Assembly (NCBI GenBank): GCA_965224245.1 | Contig: OZ245046.1 | Span: forward strand, 5,888,001 to 5,952,000 | Direction: 5' to 3' | Source of the DNA: Candidatus Eiseniibacteriota bacterium | GTDB lineage: Bacteria > Eisenbacteria > RBG-16-71-46 > CAZAMP01 | DNA: 64,000 nucleotides | Notes under the pieces: model-generated | What the model was told of the DNA's origin: nothing | What the model saw: only the letters and a program-made list of their open reading frames with translations | Databases searched by the model: none | In this document: positions 1-9,797 of the stretch, one piece after another | Position numbering within the stretch: the first letter of the stretch is position 1 | How the letters are laid out: the number at the start of each line of letters is the position of its first letter | Translations under genes and position numbers: made by a program

Positions 1-385
1 TGACCGCGCCGCCCGAGAAGGCGACGTTCAGCGCCGGTCCGAGCCCGGTGATCGCCGCGTGGGTCGTGCGGTTGTTGGCGGCGGTGGCCACCCGCATGCC
101 GATGAAGCCGGCCAGTCCGGACGCGAACGCGCCCACGAGGAACGACACCGCCACCAACCCCGTGTGCTGGCTACGGTTGCCGAAGTAGAGCAAGATCGCG
201 ACGACGACCACGAATACCGCCAGGACCCGGTACTCGCGCTTCAGGAAGGCCATGGCGCCCTCTCGGACCGCCTGACCGATCTCCTGCATCGTCTCGTTCC
301 CCTGGCTCTGCCGGTTGATCCAGCTCGCCTTCGCGAAAGCGAAGACCAGCGCGAGCACTCCGGCCGCCGGAATGAGCCACTTCAT
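1..385 (-). CDS. hppA: Membrane-bound H+/Na+-translocating pyrophosphatase, 5' part (runs off window start)
   Basis: Not in the ORF track (no stop in window). Manual translation from ATG 385: [52 protein letters not shown]...[19 protein letters not shown]...[11 protein letters not shown], the typical mPPase N-terminus; GAGGGGG upstream. Confidence 0.92.
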   Translation of the reverse strand, partial: MKWLIPAAGVLALVFAFAKASWINRQSQGNETMQEIGQAVREGAMAFLKREYRVLAVFVVVVAILLYFGNRSQHTGLVAVSFLVGAFASGLAGFIGMRVATAANNRTTHAAITGLGPALNVAFSGGAV

Positions 386-680
386 GCGTTCCCATCCCCC
401 TCTTCGAGAGTTGATCGGTGGGCCGAACGCGCGAACCGGCACCACCTTCGGACCCACGTCTGAAACAAAGGCGGCGATCATAGCGGAGCGCCACCGAGCA
501 CGCCAAGGGCGATCTCCCGGCGGGTGCGAGAGGGGATTGCGGGGGTAAGGGGTGGGCTTCGGGGCACCCGAGCGCGGGCGCACCCCGTGGGCGCGGGGAC
601 CCGGCCGGGGCTTTAAGTCACTTTGGCGTATTGGCTTAGCGGATCAATCGGCAGTGGCCGGCGCGTGGCGCCGGCGCGGC

Positions 681-1718
681 TCACGCGACCTCGTTCCGGT
701 CGTGCTCATCCCCCTTCTCGAAGTCGATCTCCGGGCAGTCCCGACCGCCACGGACCGGCGTGACCGGCGCGTATCCCGGGCTCGGGTCGCTCTTGGCCAG
801 GTACTCCTCGATGGCCAGCGACTTGCCGTGGTGATTCGAGTGCAGCTCGAGCTCGGTCCGATCGATGCGGTCGAACAGCCGTCCGGTCTGGTAGAGGGCG
901 ATGAACGTCTCGACGACCGTCCGGTCGAACATCGTGCCGGCGTGACGACGCAGCTCCTCGCACGCCTTGCTCGGTCCGAATCCGGGCCGGTACGGGCGGT
1001 CGGAGGTCATGGCGTCGAACGCGGCGGCGACCATGATGATCCGGCTGCCGAGCGGGATGGCTTCGCCCGTCAGCCCCTGGGGATAGCCCTCGCCGTCGGG
1101 CTGCTCGTGGTGGAACCGCACGAGCTGGGCGGCCCGCGCCAGAGCCGGGATGTCCTTGAGGATGTAGAACCCGGTCTGTGAGTGCGTCGTCATCAGCGCG
1201 TGCTCGTCCTCGTCGAGCGATCCCGCCTTGTGGAAGATCTCGTGCTGGATCGCCGTCTTGCCCACGTCGTGGAGCAGCGCCGCGAGTTCGAGGTCCGCCA
1301 GATCGGACGCCGGCATCCCGAGCTCCTCCCCGACGCGTAACGCGTACCGGGAGATGCGATAGCTCCGACCGCTCGTGAAGGGATCCTCCGAGTCGATGAT
1401 CGACGCGAGCACACGCACGAGGTCCACGTCGGGGCACTCTGCGACGGCCCCATCCGCCGGGAGGTCGTCGCGCGGCTCCGGCGCGGCTGCCGGCGTCCAG
1501 TGGCGATCCGGGCGTCCGCCGCTCGCGGGCCGCGGGCCCAAGCGGTGGTGGGTGTAGGCCAGCGCCAGCACGCCGGCCAGACCGCCGAGCGCGAGGCTCA
1601 GCTCGGCGCCGGTGTGCGCGCCGAGCCGCCACCAGAACGTGACGATCGCCGCGATCGCGAACACGGGACCCAACACTCCAACGATCCGGTCGCGCACATT
1701 CGATCGTGAGTCAGCCAT
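681..1718 (-). CDS. Membrane-anchored HD-GYP domain protein (degenerate metal site)
   Basis: C-terminal part of ORF 681..2987; start MADSRS at 1718 with GGGAG RBS; two TM helices; LLHDVGK, HHEQPDGEGYPQGL, FDAMTSDRPYR. Confidence 0.88.
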   Translation of the reverse strand: MADSRSNVRDRIVGVLGPVFAIAAIVTFWWRLGAHTGAELSLALGGLAGVLALAYTHHRLGPRPASGGRPDRHWTPAAAPEPRDDLPADGAVAECPDVDLVRVLASIIDSEDPFTSGRSYRISRYALRVGEELGMPASDLADLELAALLHDVGKTAIQHEIFHKAGSLDEDEHALMTTHSQTGFYILKDIPALARAAQLVRFHHEQPDGEGYPQGLTGEAIPLGSRIIMVAAAFDAMTSDRPYRPGFGPSKACEELRRHAGTMFDRTVVETFIALYQTGRLFDRIDRTELELHSNHHGKSLAIEEYLAKSDPSPGYAPVTPVRGGRDCPEIDFEKGDEHDRNEVA

Positions 1719-1774
1719 CGTTTCCACGCTCCCAACTACTCGACGTGCCCGTACGCACGCACGGGCCTCGATCA

Positions 1775-2866
1775 CTACGCAAGCTGTACCCTCGTGGCGA
1801 ACGACTCGAACTGCGACTTGTCGATCGCGTGGCGGTACGCCTCTTCGCCGGAGATCTTGCCCGCGTCGAAGAGCTTCTCGATTTCCTCGTCCATGAGCTG
1901 CATGCCGAGCTTGCCGCCCGACCGCATCAGCGACGTGAGCTGGTTGGTCTTGCCCGAACGGATGAGGGAGCCCGCGGCGTTGGCGTTCACGAGCACCTCG
2001 GCGGCCATGTGCATCGACGCCCCGTCGGAGCCGGGGATGAGATGCTGCGAGACCACCATGCTCAGGCTCTCCGAGAGCATCGTCCGGACCTGCGACTGGC
2101 GACCGGCCGGGAACACGTTGACGATTCGATCCACCGTGCGGACGGCACCGGTCGTGTGCAGGCTCGCCAGGACCTGGATGCCCGTCTCGGCCGCGGTCAG
2201 CGCCAGCCCGATCGTCTCGACGTCGCGCATCTCGCCCACCATGACGACGTCCGGGTCCTCTCGCAGGGCGTCCCGAAGCGCGTTGGCGAAGCTCTCGGAG
2301 TGCGCGCCCACCTCGCGCTGAGTGACGATGCAGTGGCGGTTCCCGTGGACGTACTCCACCGGATCCTCGATGGTGATGATCCGACCCATGCGACGCGAGT
2401 TGATGTGATCGATCATCGCGGCCAGCGTGGTGGACTTGCCCGATCCGGTCGGTCCGGTGACCAGCGTCAAGCCGCGCGGCTGGGACAGCATCTGGGTGAC
2501 GCCGGCCGGCAGGTTCAGCGACTCGAGCGATCGGATCTTCCTGGGAATGACCCGGAACGCGCACGCGATGCCCTCGAGGTGGTGCGAGACGTTCGCGCGG
2601 AAGTGACCCAGGTCGTCGAGGGTGAAGCCGAGGTCGACGGTCTTTCGCTCGGCGAACTGCTCCGAGAGGAGCGTCGTCTGCATCAGCTGTTCGGCGATCA
2701 CGCGCATCTCGGGTGCCTTCAGCGCCCGGAACTTGACGCGGTGAAGGTGCCCGTTCACGCGGATGCGCGGGGGCTCTCCGGCCGCCAGATGAAGATCCGA
2801 GCCGCCGCGCTGCACCGTCAGCTCGAGGAACGGGCGGACGAGCTCCAGGGAGGTTCCGGTACTCAT
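1775..2866 (-). CDS. pilT: Type IV pilus retraction ATPase, PilT/PilU family
   Basis: GSDLHL, Walker A GPTGSGKST, Asp box TIEDPVE, ALREDPDVVMVGEMRD, SLHT, GMQLMD. Confidence 0.92.
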   Translation of the reverse strand: MSTGTSLELVRPFLELTVQRGGSDLHLAAGEPPRIRVNGHLHRVKFRALKAPEMRVIAEQLMQTTLLSEQFAERKTVDLGFTLDDLGHFRANVSHHLEGIACAFRVIPRKIRSLESLNLPAGVTQMLSQPRGLTLVTGPTGSGKSTTLAAMIDHINSRRMGRIITIEDPVEYVHGNRHCIVTQREVGAHSESFANALRDALREDPDVVMVGEMRDVETIGLALTAAETGIQVLASLHTTGAVRTVDRIVNVFPAGRQSQVRTMLSESLSMVVSQHLIPGSDGASMHMAAEVLVNANAAGSLIRSGKTNQLTSLMRSGGKLGMQLMDEEIEKLFDAGKISGEEAYRHAIDKSQFESFATRVQLA

Positions 2867-3972
2867 CTGAGGCTCGCCGACGACATGCTCTTCTTCCCCT
2901 TGAAACCCTGCACGGGCCGCGAGACGTACGGACCGAACGCCGACTTGTCGTTCGCGATCCGACGGGCGTCGTCCGCGTCGATGTCACCGGACCGCACGAG
3001 GCTCAGCAGCGAGTCGTCCATCAGTCGCATGCCGTGTCGGCGTCCCGTGGTGATGACGCTGGGCAGCTTGAACGTCTCGCCGTCACGGATGAGCTGCGCG
3101 ACCGCGGGCATGTTGGTCAGAATCTCGGTGGTCGGCCGGCGGCCTCCGCCGTCCGCGGTGCGAACGAGCTCCTGGCAGATGACGCACTTCAGATTGTCCG
3201 CCAGCGTCGTGCGTACCTGACCGTGGGCGTCCGGCGGGAACGAGTCGAGAATGCGATCGATGGTGGAGACCGCACTGCGCGTGTGGAGCGTGGCGAACAC
3301 CAGATGTCCGGTCTCGCAGGCCTCGAGCGCGAGCTGCATCGATTCGCGGTCGAGAAGCTCGCCGACGAGAATCACGTCCGGATCCTGGCGGAGCGCGGCT
3401 CTGAGCCCGTCCGAGTACGACCGCACGTGCGTGCCGATCTCGCGCTGGAGCACCATCGATCCCTTGCTCTCGTGAACGAACTCGATCGGGTCCTCGATGG
3501 TGACGATGGTGCCGAAGCGCGTCTCGTTGATCCGGTCCACGAGCGAGGCCAGCGTGGTCGATTTGCCGGTTCCGGTGGCCCCGGTCACGAGCACGAGCCC
3601 GGACTTCAGCTCGGTCAGCGACGCGACGACCCTCGGGAGGCCGAGCGCGTTCAGCGGGATGACCGTCTCGGCGATCACTCTGGCCGTGATCACGAGACCA
3701 TCGCGATGCCGCGTCACGCTGATCCGGAGACGTCCGGCGATCTCGGAGCCGTAGCAGAAGCTGAGCCCACCCCGGGCGTCGAAGCGCCCGTACAGCTCGT
3801 CGGTCATGAGCGCGTGCGCGAACCGTTCGACGTCGTCGGCGGAGAACGGCTCGCCGCCGGCCGGAATCAGCTCCCCGTGCACGCGGCGCATCGGGGGATG
3901 ATCCGGAATCAGATGGACGTCGGAGGCGCTCGCCCGGCGTCCATCCGCGAAGATCTCGTCGATCTGTGACAT
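2863..3972 (-). CDS. pilT: Second PilT/PilU family ATPase
   Basis: ASDVHL, GATGTGKST, TIEDPIE, ALRQDPDVILVGE, ETGHLVFATLHT; start placed at MSQID (ORF is open to 4167); 4-nt overlap with downstream paralogue. Confidence 0.9.
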   Translation of the reverse strand: MSQIDEIFADGRRASASDVHLIPDHPPMRRVHGELIPAGGEPFSADDVERFAHALMTDELYGRFDARGGLSFCYGSEIAGRLRISVTRHRDGLVITARVIAETVIPLNALGLPRVVASLTELKSGLVLVTGATGTGKSTTLASLVDRINETRFGTIVTIEDPIEFVHESKGSMVLQREIGTHVRSYSDGLRAALRQDPDVILVGELLDRESMQLALEACETGHLVFATLHTRSAVSTIDRILDSFPPDAHGQVRTTLADNLKCVICQELVRTADGGGRRPTTEILTNMPAVAQLIRDGETFKLPSVITTGRRHGMRLMDDSLLSLVRSGDIDADDARRIANDKSAFGPYVSRPVQGFKGKKSMSSASLR

Positions 3973-4269
3973 GCCGCTTCCGGTCTCGGGTTGTGGGGTC
4001 GGAGCGTTCGATCGCGAGGGCCTCGCCGAGCCGGGCCGGATGACCCCCGTCGTGGAGCCTCGCGCATCGTCCTCGTTATCGGCCGGTGCGAGCCGCGGCT
4101 CAACTTCGTTCTGGCCGGCGGCGTTTCCTGGCGCGGGACCGCGAGAGCGCCTCGCCGGTGAGGTCACGTGTGCGGGAACGTCGTGCGGCGCAAGCCACTG
4201 CGTGCACCTGGCGCGAACCAGCCGCCGCGGACCAGGACCCGGCCACCCGGGGCCGCGCGTGCCCGGCCG

Positions 4270-7200
4270 TCAGTCGCCCAGCTCGGCCATGAGCTCCCGG
4301 ACGGCGCGATCCAGCTGCGGATCGCGTCCGGCGACGGCGTCGTCGGGTGCGTTCTCGACCCGCACGTCGGGCACGCACGGGTTTCGCTCCATCGGTGGCA
4401 TCTCGTCCAAGGTGCTGCCGCGCTTGGCGTACCAGCCGCGGTTGGGGCGTCTCACCCGGGACCCGTCGAGGAGCCGGACCTGGGACGTCGAGATCACGCC
4501 CCCGAACGTCGGCTGTCCCACGAGCTTGCCACGGCCCAGCGTCTGGACCGCCCGGGCGAAGATCTCGCCGTTCGAGAACGTGGTCTCGTTGATCAGCACG
4601 ATGATCGGCTTCGTCCACGCGTAGATCAGCCGCCGCGTCGTCGGATAGCCGGGACCACCCTCGCGCGCCACGGTGACCGCGTGATCACCGGCGAGGATCG
4701 AGCTGAGGAGGATGTCGGTGATCCAGCCGCCCGAGTTGTCCCGGACGTCGATCACGAGGCCCTCCTTGCCGTGAGCGACCGCGTAGAGCTCGCGCTCGAA
4801 CTGGCGCGCGCTGGCGGTGCCCATGTTGCGGAGGTTGATGTACCCGAGGCGCCCGTCCGAGGACTCCTCGACCCGTGCGCGGCTGGCGCGAACGTCGCGC
4901 TCGTAGACGCGGTCGCGATAGCGCGAGCGGGACTCCGGCCGCATGCGCACGTCGAAACGCTCGCCGTCACGCTCGACGCCCACCAGGATCGAACGCTCGT
5001 CGGTCCCCTCGAGCCAGCGGTACAGGTTGTCGCCGCGCGCGAGCTCGTGATCGTCGATCGAGACGAGGACGTCGCCGACCTCCAGCCGACTGGAGACGCG
5101 CGCGGCCGGGCTCTCGGGCAGGACCTCGGCAACCCTGACCCGGTCGTCGGGCAGGGGATCGGGCACGATGCCGAGGTGTCCGGTCATCACCCCCGGGCCC
5201 TCGGCGGGGGGATCGTAGATCTGTGTGTGGCTCGAGTTCAGCTCGCCGATGAGCATGCGGAGCGCGTCGCGGAAGTCCGCGGGATGCGCGGCCGCCTCGG
5301 CTACTCGCCGGTACGTCTCGCGGTCGCGGTCCCAGTCGGTGCCGTGATGATCGGCGTCGTAGAAGCCGGTCGCCAGCACGCGCCAGGCCTCCTCGTAGAT
5401 TTGCCGGCGCTCCGCCACGAGATCGATGCGGGCCCGTCCGCGCGTCCGGTAGCTCTCGGTCTTTCCCTCGAGGTCGACGCTCTCGATCGCGCCGCCGGTC
5501 GTGAAGTAGGCCCGCTCGTTCTCCGGGCTCCACACGAGGCCCGCCGGGACGTCGTCGAACGCGGCCAGGCGCTCCAGCTTCTCGCCGTCCCATCGCACCT
5601 TCCAGAGCGTGTGGTCGTCGCCGGTGCGCGCGGCGAAGACGAACGTCTCGCCGTCGTCGGCGAGCACCACCGAGCGCTCGTCGCCGGGGAACGACGTGAC
5701 CCGGCGGAGTCGGCGGTGAATGTCCTCGAAGTTGATCTCGACCCGCGGCGACGGCTCCTCGTCCTCGGCGGACTCCTCGTCCGACACCGCCTCGGGCTCG
5801 TCGTCTTCGCGGAGCGCCTCGTCGAGGACGTCCTGAGACGTCTTCTCGTCGTCGGCCTCGAGAAGCCACACGAACCAGATGTCCGAGTCACCGTCGTAGC
5901 GCCGCTTGCCGGCGAACGCCAGCTTGCGTCCGTCGGCGGACCAGATGGGCGAGCCCTCGGGGTCGGGATGTCGGGTCACGTTGATCGGCACGACGTCGTC
6001 GGGTCCGGCGTCGTCGTCGACCGAGGCGACGAAGATGTCCGTGTTGAAGTCGTCGTCGGTGCGGGTGAACGCCAGCCAGCGGCCGTCGGGCGACCACGCG
6101 AACTCGGGGCGCTGGAAGTTCGTCGACACGACACGCGGGGAGCCGCCGTCCACGTCCGCGACCACGAGGTCGCCGAGCCCGCGCACGTACGCGATCCGGT
6201 CCCCGGACGGCGACACCCGGGGTCGCGACTCCTCCTCGGGGGACGACGTCAGGCGCGTGATTCGAAAGCGCGCCGACAGCACGAGCCGCTCGCCGTCGAT
6301 CGCGGCCTCGATGCGGTGGAGATCGGACTGTCCGTCCCGGTCGGACGCGAACACGATCGCGCGCGAGTCGGGTAGCCACGAGATCTGGTGGTCGCGCCCC
6401 GGCGAGCGCGTCAACCGCGTGACCGCCGTCGCGTCGGCCTCGGCGCGCCGGACATAGATGTCTCCCCGGAACACGAACGCGATCTCCTTGCCGTCGGGGG
6501 AGACCGCCAGCTCGTCCGCGCGCGACACCGACAGCGTCTCGGCCGTCGGGGACGCGGCGTCGGCCGGAGCGTGGATCTCGATCGGGACCGGCTCGCCGCC
6601 GGGCCGCAGGGTCCACAGGTCGAGGTCCCGCTCGAATGCGATCAGATCGGACCCGCGCGAGACCCGGGGGAAGCGCACCCCGTCGTCGTCGAAGCGCGTG
6701 AGCGGCGCGGCGTCATCGGGGCCCGTGGCCATCCAGACGTTGTAGGTACCGTCGCGCTCGCTGAGGAACACGACGGCCCCGAGCGCACTCGACCAGGACG
6801 GCTGCGTGTCCTGACCCCGGGCGGCCTGGAACGGCTCGACTCTCGCGTCACCGCCGGGGTGGATCCAGAGCTCTCGCGCGGCCGGACCGTCGTAGCCCTG
6901 GCGCCACCAGGTACCGGCGGTGGCTCCGCGCGAGAAGACGATCGCGCCGCCGTCGCGCACGGCGACGTGATCGGCGACCGACGGGAGCGCTCGGACCGAC
7001 GTCCCGCCGGTGATCGGCACCACGTGGATTCCCGAGAGTCGGAACTCGTAGAGCTCCCGGTACGTCGAGAAGAGCACGCCGGACCCGTCGGCCGTGAAGG
7101 CCTCCGCCCGATCGGTGCCGTCGTGGAACGTGAGCTGTACGCTCTCGCCGCCTGCCACCGGGATCACGAACACGTCGTTGTTTCCGGTTCGATCCGACGT

Positions 7201-7494
7201 GAACGCGATCCGCGTCCCGTCGGGCGACCAGCGCGGGTACGCATCGTACCCCGGGTGTGCGGTCAGACGCCGGGCGAGCCCGCCCTCGGCGGGCACGGTC
7301 CAGATGTCGCCCTGCCAGGAGAACGCGATCAGCCGGCCATCGGGCGACGGAGCGGGGTGTCGAGGGAAGCGGACGTTGGCCGTCGCGGTTCCTGCGACGG
7401 CGAGCGCGAGCGACGCGACCAGGGTCAGGCGAACACCCGTGCCCGCAAGGGCGCGCGAGCGACCGGACCACACGGCGCGATCGAGATTCCGCAT
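4270..7494 (-). CDS. Tricorn-like S41 protease (signal peptide, PD40 beta-propellers, PDZ, S41 domain)
   Basis: Signal peptide ...AGTATA; repeated SPDG/WSPDG propeller blades; GELNSSHT; IDVRDNSGG; FSNGEIF; GKLVGQPTFGGVI. Confidence 0.92.
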   Translation of the reverse strand: MRNLDRAVWSGRSRALAGTGVRLTLVASLALAVAGTATANVRFPRHPAPSPDGRLIAFSWQGDIWTVPAEGGLARRLTAHPGYDAYPRWSPDGTRIAFTSDRTGNNDVFVIPVAGGESVQLTFHDGTDRAEAFTADGSGVLFSTYRELYEFRLSGIHVVPITGGTSVRALPSVADHVAVRDGGAIVFSRGATAGTWWRQGYDGPAARELWIHPGGDARVEPFQAARGQDTQPSWSSALGAVVFLSERDGTYNVWMATGPDDAAPLTRFDDDGVRFPRVSRGSDLIAFERDLDLWTLRPGGEPVPIEIHAPADAASPTAETLSVSRADELAVSPDGKEIAFVFRGDIYVRRAEADATAVTRLTRSPGRDHQISWLPDSRAIVFASDRDGQSDLHRIEAAIDGERLVLSARFRITRLTSSPEEESRPRVSPSGDRIAYVRGLGDLVVADVDGGSPRVVSTNFQRPEFAWSPDGRWLAFTRTDDDFNTDIFVASVDDDAGPDDVVPINVTRHPDPEGSPIWSADGRKLAFAGKRRYDGDSDIWFVWLLEADDEKTSQDVLDEALREDDEPEAVSDEESAEDEEPSPRVEINFEDIHRRLRRVTSFPGDERSVVLADDGETFVFAARTGDDHTLWKVRWDGEKLERLAAFDDVPAGLVWSPENERAYFTTGGAIESVDLEGKTESYRTRGRARIDLVAERRQIYEEAWRVLATGFYDADHHGTDWDRDRETYRRVAEAAAHPADFRDALRMLIGELNSSHTQIYDPPAEGPGVMTGHLGIVPDPLPDDRVRVAEVLPESPAARVSSRLEVGDVLVSIDDHELARGDNLYRWLEGTDERSILVGVERDGERFDVRMRPESRSRYRDRVYERDVRASRARVEESSDGRLGYINLRNMGTASARQFERELYAVAHGKEGLVIDVRDNSGGWITDILLSSILAGDHAVTVAREGGPGYPTTRRLIYAWTKPIIVLINETTFSNGEIFARAVQTLGRGKLVGQPTFGGVISTSQVRLLDGSRVRRPNRGWYAKRGSTLDEMPPMERNPCVPDVRVENAPDDAVAGRDPQLDRAVRELMAELGD

Positions 7495-7501
7495 CCCGAT
7501 C

Positions 7502-7993
7502 CTAGGACAGCTCGGGCGCAGGCGGTCGACCGCCGTCGTCGCGCAGGTGGCCGTGGTGGATGAGCTCGAAGCCCTTGCGGGCGAGGACCGCCGTTCCCGC
7601 GGTGAGGTCGTCGCAGTGGATCAGCATGACGGGCCGCGCGAACGGTCGGCAGAAGAGCGGGTACGAGTAGTGGATGTTGACCTCGGCTTCCAGGAGGGCC
7701 CGGCAGACGTTGCCGATCGCGTCATGGCCTCTCCGGAGGCTCACCGCCAGGAGCTCGCTCTTGGTGACCGAGTACCCGCACTCGCGGAGCGTCTTGTACG
7801 CCCACGGGGGGTCGCTCAGAATGATCCGGACGACCGCGTGATCGGTGGCGTCCCAGACGCTCATGCCGTAGATCTCGATGCGGGCCTCGTCGAGCTTGGT
7901 CGTCAGCTCCAGCAGCTCGCCGACGCGGTTGCGAAGGAATATCGAGAACTGCGTGACGCTGGGCTCGTCGAACTTGTGGAAAGTGGCCGACAT
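7502..7993 (-). CDS. Tandem ACT-domain protein (COG4747-like)
   Basis: QFSIFLRNRVGEL...INIHYSY-like second repeat (VNIHYSYP); start MSATFH at 7993; 7 nt upstream of the tricorn gene. Confidence 0.8.
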   Translation of the reverse strand: MSATFHKFDEPSVTQFSIFLRNRVGELLELTTKLDEARIEIYGMSVWDATDHAVVRIILSDPPWAYKTLRECGYSVTKSELLAVSLRRGHDAIGNVCRALLEAEVNIHYSYPLFCRPFARPVMLIHCDDLTAGTAVLARKGFELIHHGHLRDDGGRPPAPELS

Positions 7994-8114
7994 CGAGGGA
8001 TGGACCTCCGACTCGCGGTACCGTCTCGAGGCTCGGAGTGAGTGCGCGGAGCGTAGCAAACGGCCGGTCCCCCCACAACGCGATAGTGGCCCAGGAGTCC
8101 GAGGGTTACGCGGC

Positions 8115-8429
8115 TCAGCGGAGTCGCACGGCCGTCCCGTAGGCGAGGATCTCGGCGGCCTGTGCCTGCACCATCGACGTCGTGAACGTGATCCCGACCA
8201 CCGCATCGGCTCCCAGCGCGCGGGCCCGCTCGCGCATCCGGTCGAGCGCCTGCTCGCGGCTCTCGGCCAGGAGCTTGGTGTACTCGCCGATCTCGCCGCC
8301 CACGAGGCCCTTCAGGCCCGCTATGAAGTCGTGCCCGAAGTGGCGGGCGCGGATCGTGTTGCCCGTGACCACCCCGAGCACCTCGCCGATCTCGCGTTCC
8401 GGAACCGTGAAGGTCGTGGTCTCGATCAT
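8115..8429 (-). CDS. YbjQ/UPF0145 family protein
   Basis: LGVVTG...AGLKGLVGGEIGEYTKLLAESREQALDRMRERARALGADAVVG...AYGTAV; 4-nt overlap with the anti-sigma gene. Confidence 0.92.
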   Translation of the reverse strand: MIETTTFTVPEREIGEVLGVVTGNTIRARHFGHDFIAGLKGLVGGEIGEYTKLLAESREQALDRMRERARALGADAVVGITFTTSMVQAQAAEILAYGTAVRLR

Positions 8430-8911
8430 CGCTTCACCTCTCGATAGGGGTCGCGCCGTTCGGTGAAGAACCGCTCGCGAATCACCGAGACGACGATCAC
8501 GGCGCCGCCGACCGACAGCAGGCCGATCGCGAGACGGACCCACCATGGGTCCTCGGGGCTGGCCAGGAGCCAGTGCACGAAGTCGGGGAGCGCTCGAGCC
8601 AGCGCCGCCGCGAGCAGGATGATCGCCCCGATCGACACCAGCAGCCACCCGAACCGTCGCTCGAGGCGGTTGTAGGTGGTCCGCCAGTAATCGTCGAAGA
8701 CGTCGTCCGGGAACGGATCGAGCTTCATGGCCGCGGTGACTCCTCTCAGCTGCCGGAAGGCCTCCAGCTCCTGGGCCAGCTCGGGGGAGCGAACCAGCTC
8801 CGCCTCGAACTCGGCGCGCTCGGTCGGGTCGAGCTCGTCGTCGAGGTAGCCGCTGATCAGATGACTCCGGCGACCGACGTCCTCGGGACGTCGCGGGTCG
8901 TGGTCAGTCAT
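8426..8911 (-). CDS. Membrane anti-sigma factor (RsiW-like N-terminus, two TM helices)
   Basis: LISGYLDDELDPTERAEFEAEL N-domain, two hydrophobic segments, C-terminal DPYREVKR; overlaps ECF gene. Confidence 0.8.
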   Translation of the reverse strand: MTDHDPRRPEDVGRRSHLISGYLDDELDPTERAEFEAELVRSPELAQELEAFRQLRGVTAAMKLDPFPDDVFDDYWRTTYNRLERRFGWLLVSIGAIILLAAALARALPDFVHWLLASPEDPWWVRLAIGLLSVGGAVIVVSVIRERFFTERRDPYREVKR

Positions 8912-9497
8912 GCTGCTCTCCTCGGGCGTCGCCTCCGCGCAGCACCGGCGCGAGCAGTGCCCGCAGCCTGGCTCGCGCGTGGTGGAGACGGCTCATCACC
9001 GTCCCCTTCGGGATGTCGAGCACCGCGGCGATCTCCGCATACGTGAGATCCTGAAACTCGCGCAGCACGAGGATCTCGCGATCGTTCTCGCCCAGACGCC
9101 GGATCGCGCTCCAGACGAGGGCCCGGAGCTCCGCCCGCTCGGCCAGGAGCTCGGGCGACGGGGCGGGCGAGGCGAGGGGGGCGTCGTCCCCGAGCGGTGT
9201 CTCGCGCCGCGTCGACGCGCGCGCCAGGTGGTTGAGGCACAGGTTCCTCAGGATCCGGTGAAACCACGGATAGAATGGGCGGTCGGGGTCGAACCGCCTG
9301 ATCGCCCGGAATGCTCTGGCGAACGCCTCCTGGGACAGGTCGAGCGCGTCGTCCCGGCTCCCCGTCCAGCCCATGGCGAAGCCGGCCGCTCGTCGCATGT
9401 AGCGGCTGACGATGGGCTCGAACGCATCCCGCTCGCCGTCCTGGCAGCGGAGGATGAGCGCGCGCTCGTCGGCATCGAGATCCAGGGCATGGTCCAT
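8904..9497 (-). CDS. ECF RNA polymerase sigma factor
   Basis: GERDAFEPIV, DALDLSQEAF, FYPWFHRILRN, LTYAEIAAVLDIPKGTVMSRLHHAR; start MDHALD at 9497. Confidence 0.92.
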   Translation of the reverse strand: MDHALDLDADERALILRCQDGERDAFEPIVSRYMRRAAGFAMGWTGSRDDALDLSQEAFARAFRAIRRFDPDRPFYPWFHRILRNLCLNHLARASTRRETPLGDDAPLASPAPSPELLAERAELRALVWSAIRRLGENDREILVLREFQDLTYAEIAAVLDIPKGTVMSRLHHARARLRALLAPVLRGGDARGEQHD

Positions 9498-9797
9498 CGC
9501 ATCGGCCTTTCTGTCGCCGCTCGGCTTCGAGGGGGAGTACCGGCGACCGGGCGGCGTATTCATGCGATCGTGCGACCTTCCTCGGGCTCCGGAGCCTCTC
9601 CCGCGGCCGGCCCGCCCCGTGAGTCCGAGCGGGAGGGGACCGGGGAGTCCAGCCGACCGTGCCCGCCGTGCCGACCGTGGGCCAGGGTACGCGATCGACG
9701 GCCGCAGCGTCGCGGCCGACCCTGGGGACGGACCGGCGCCGGCCGGGGTTGCCTCAACTCGGCTCGACCCACGTTCGGAGGCGATCGTGGAGAGCCG

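Noticed and set aside
1719-2987. Apparent 768-aa HD-GYP fusion
   Set aside because: The N-terminal part is an alternative frame over pilT; the real start is 1718. The same applies to the long N-terminal extensions of the ECF, alr, ACT, moaE, mutY and ygfZ ORFs
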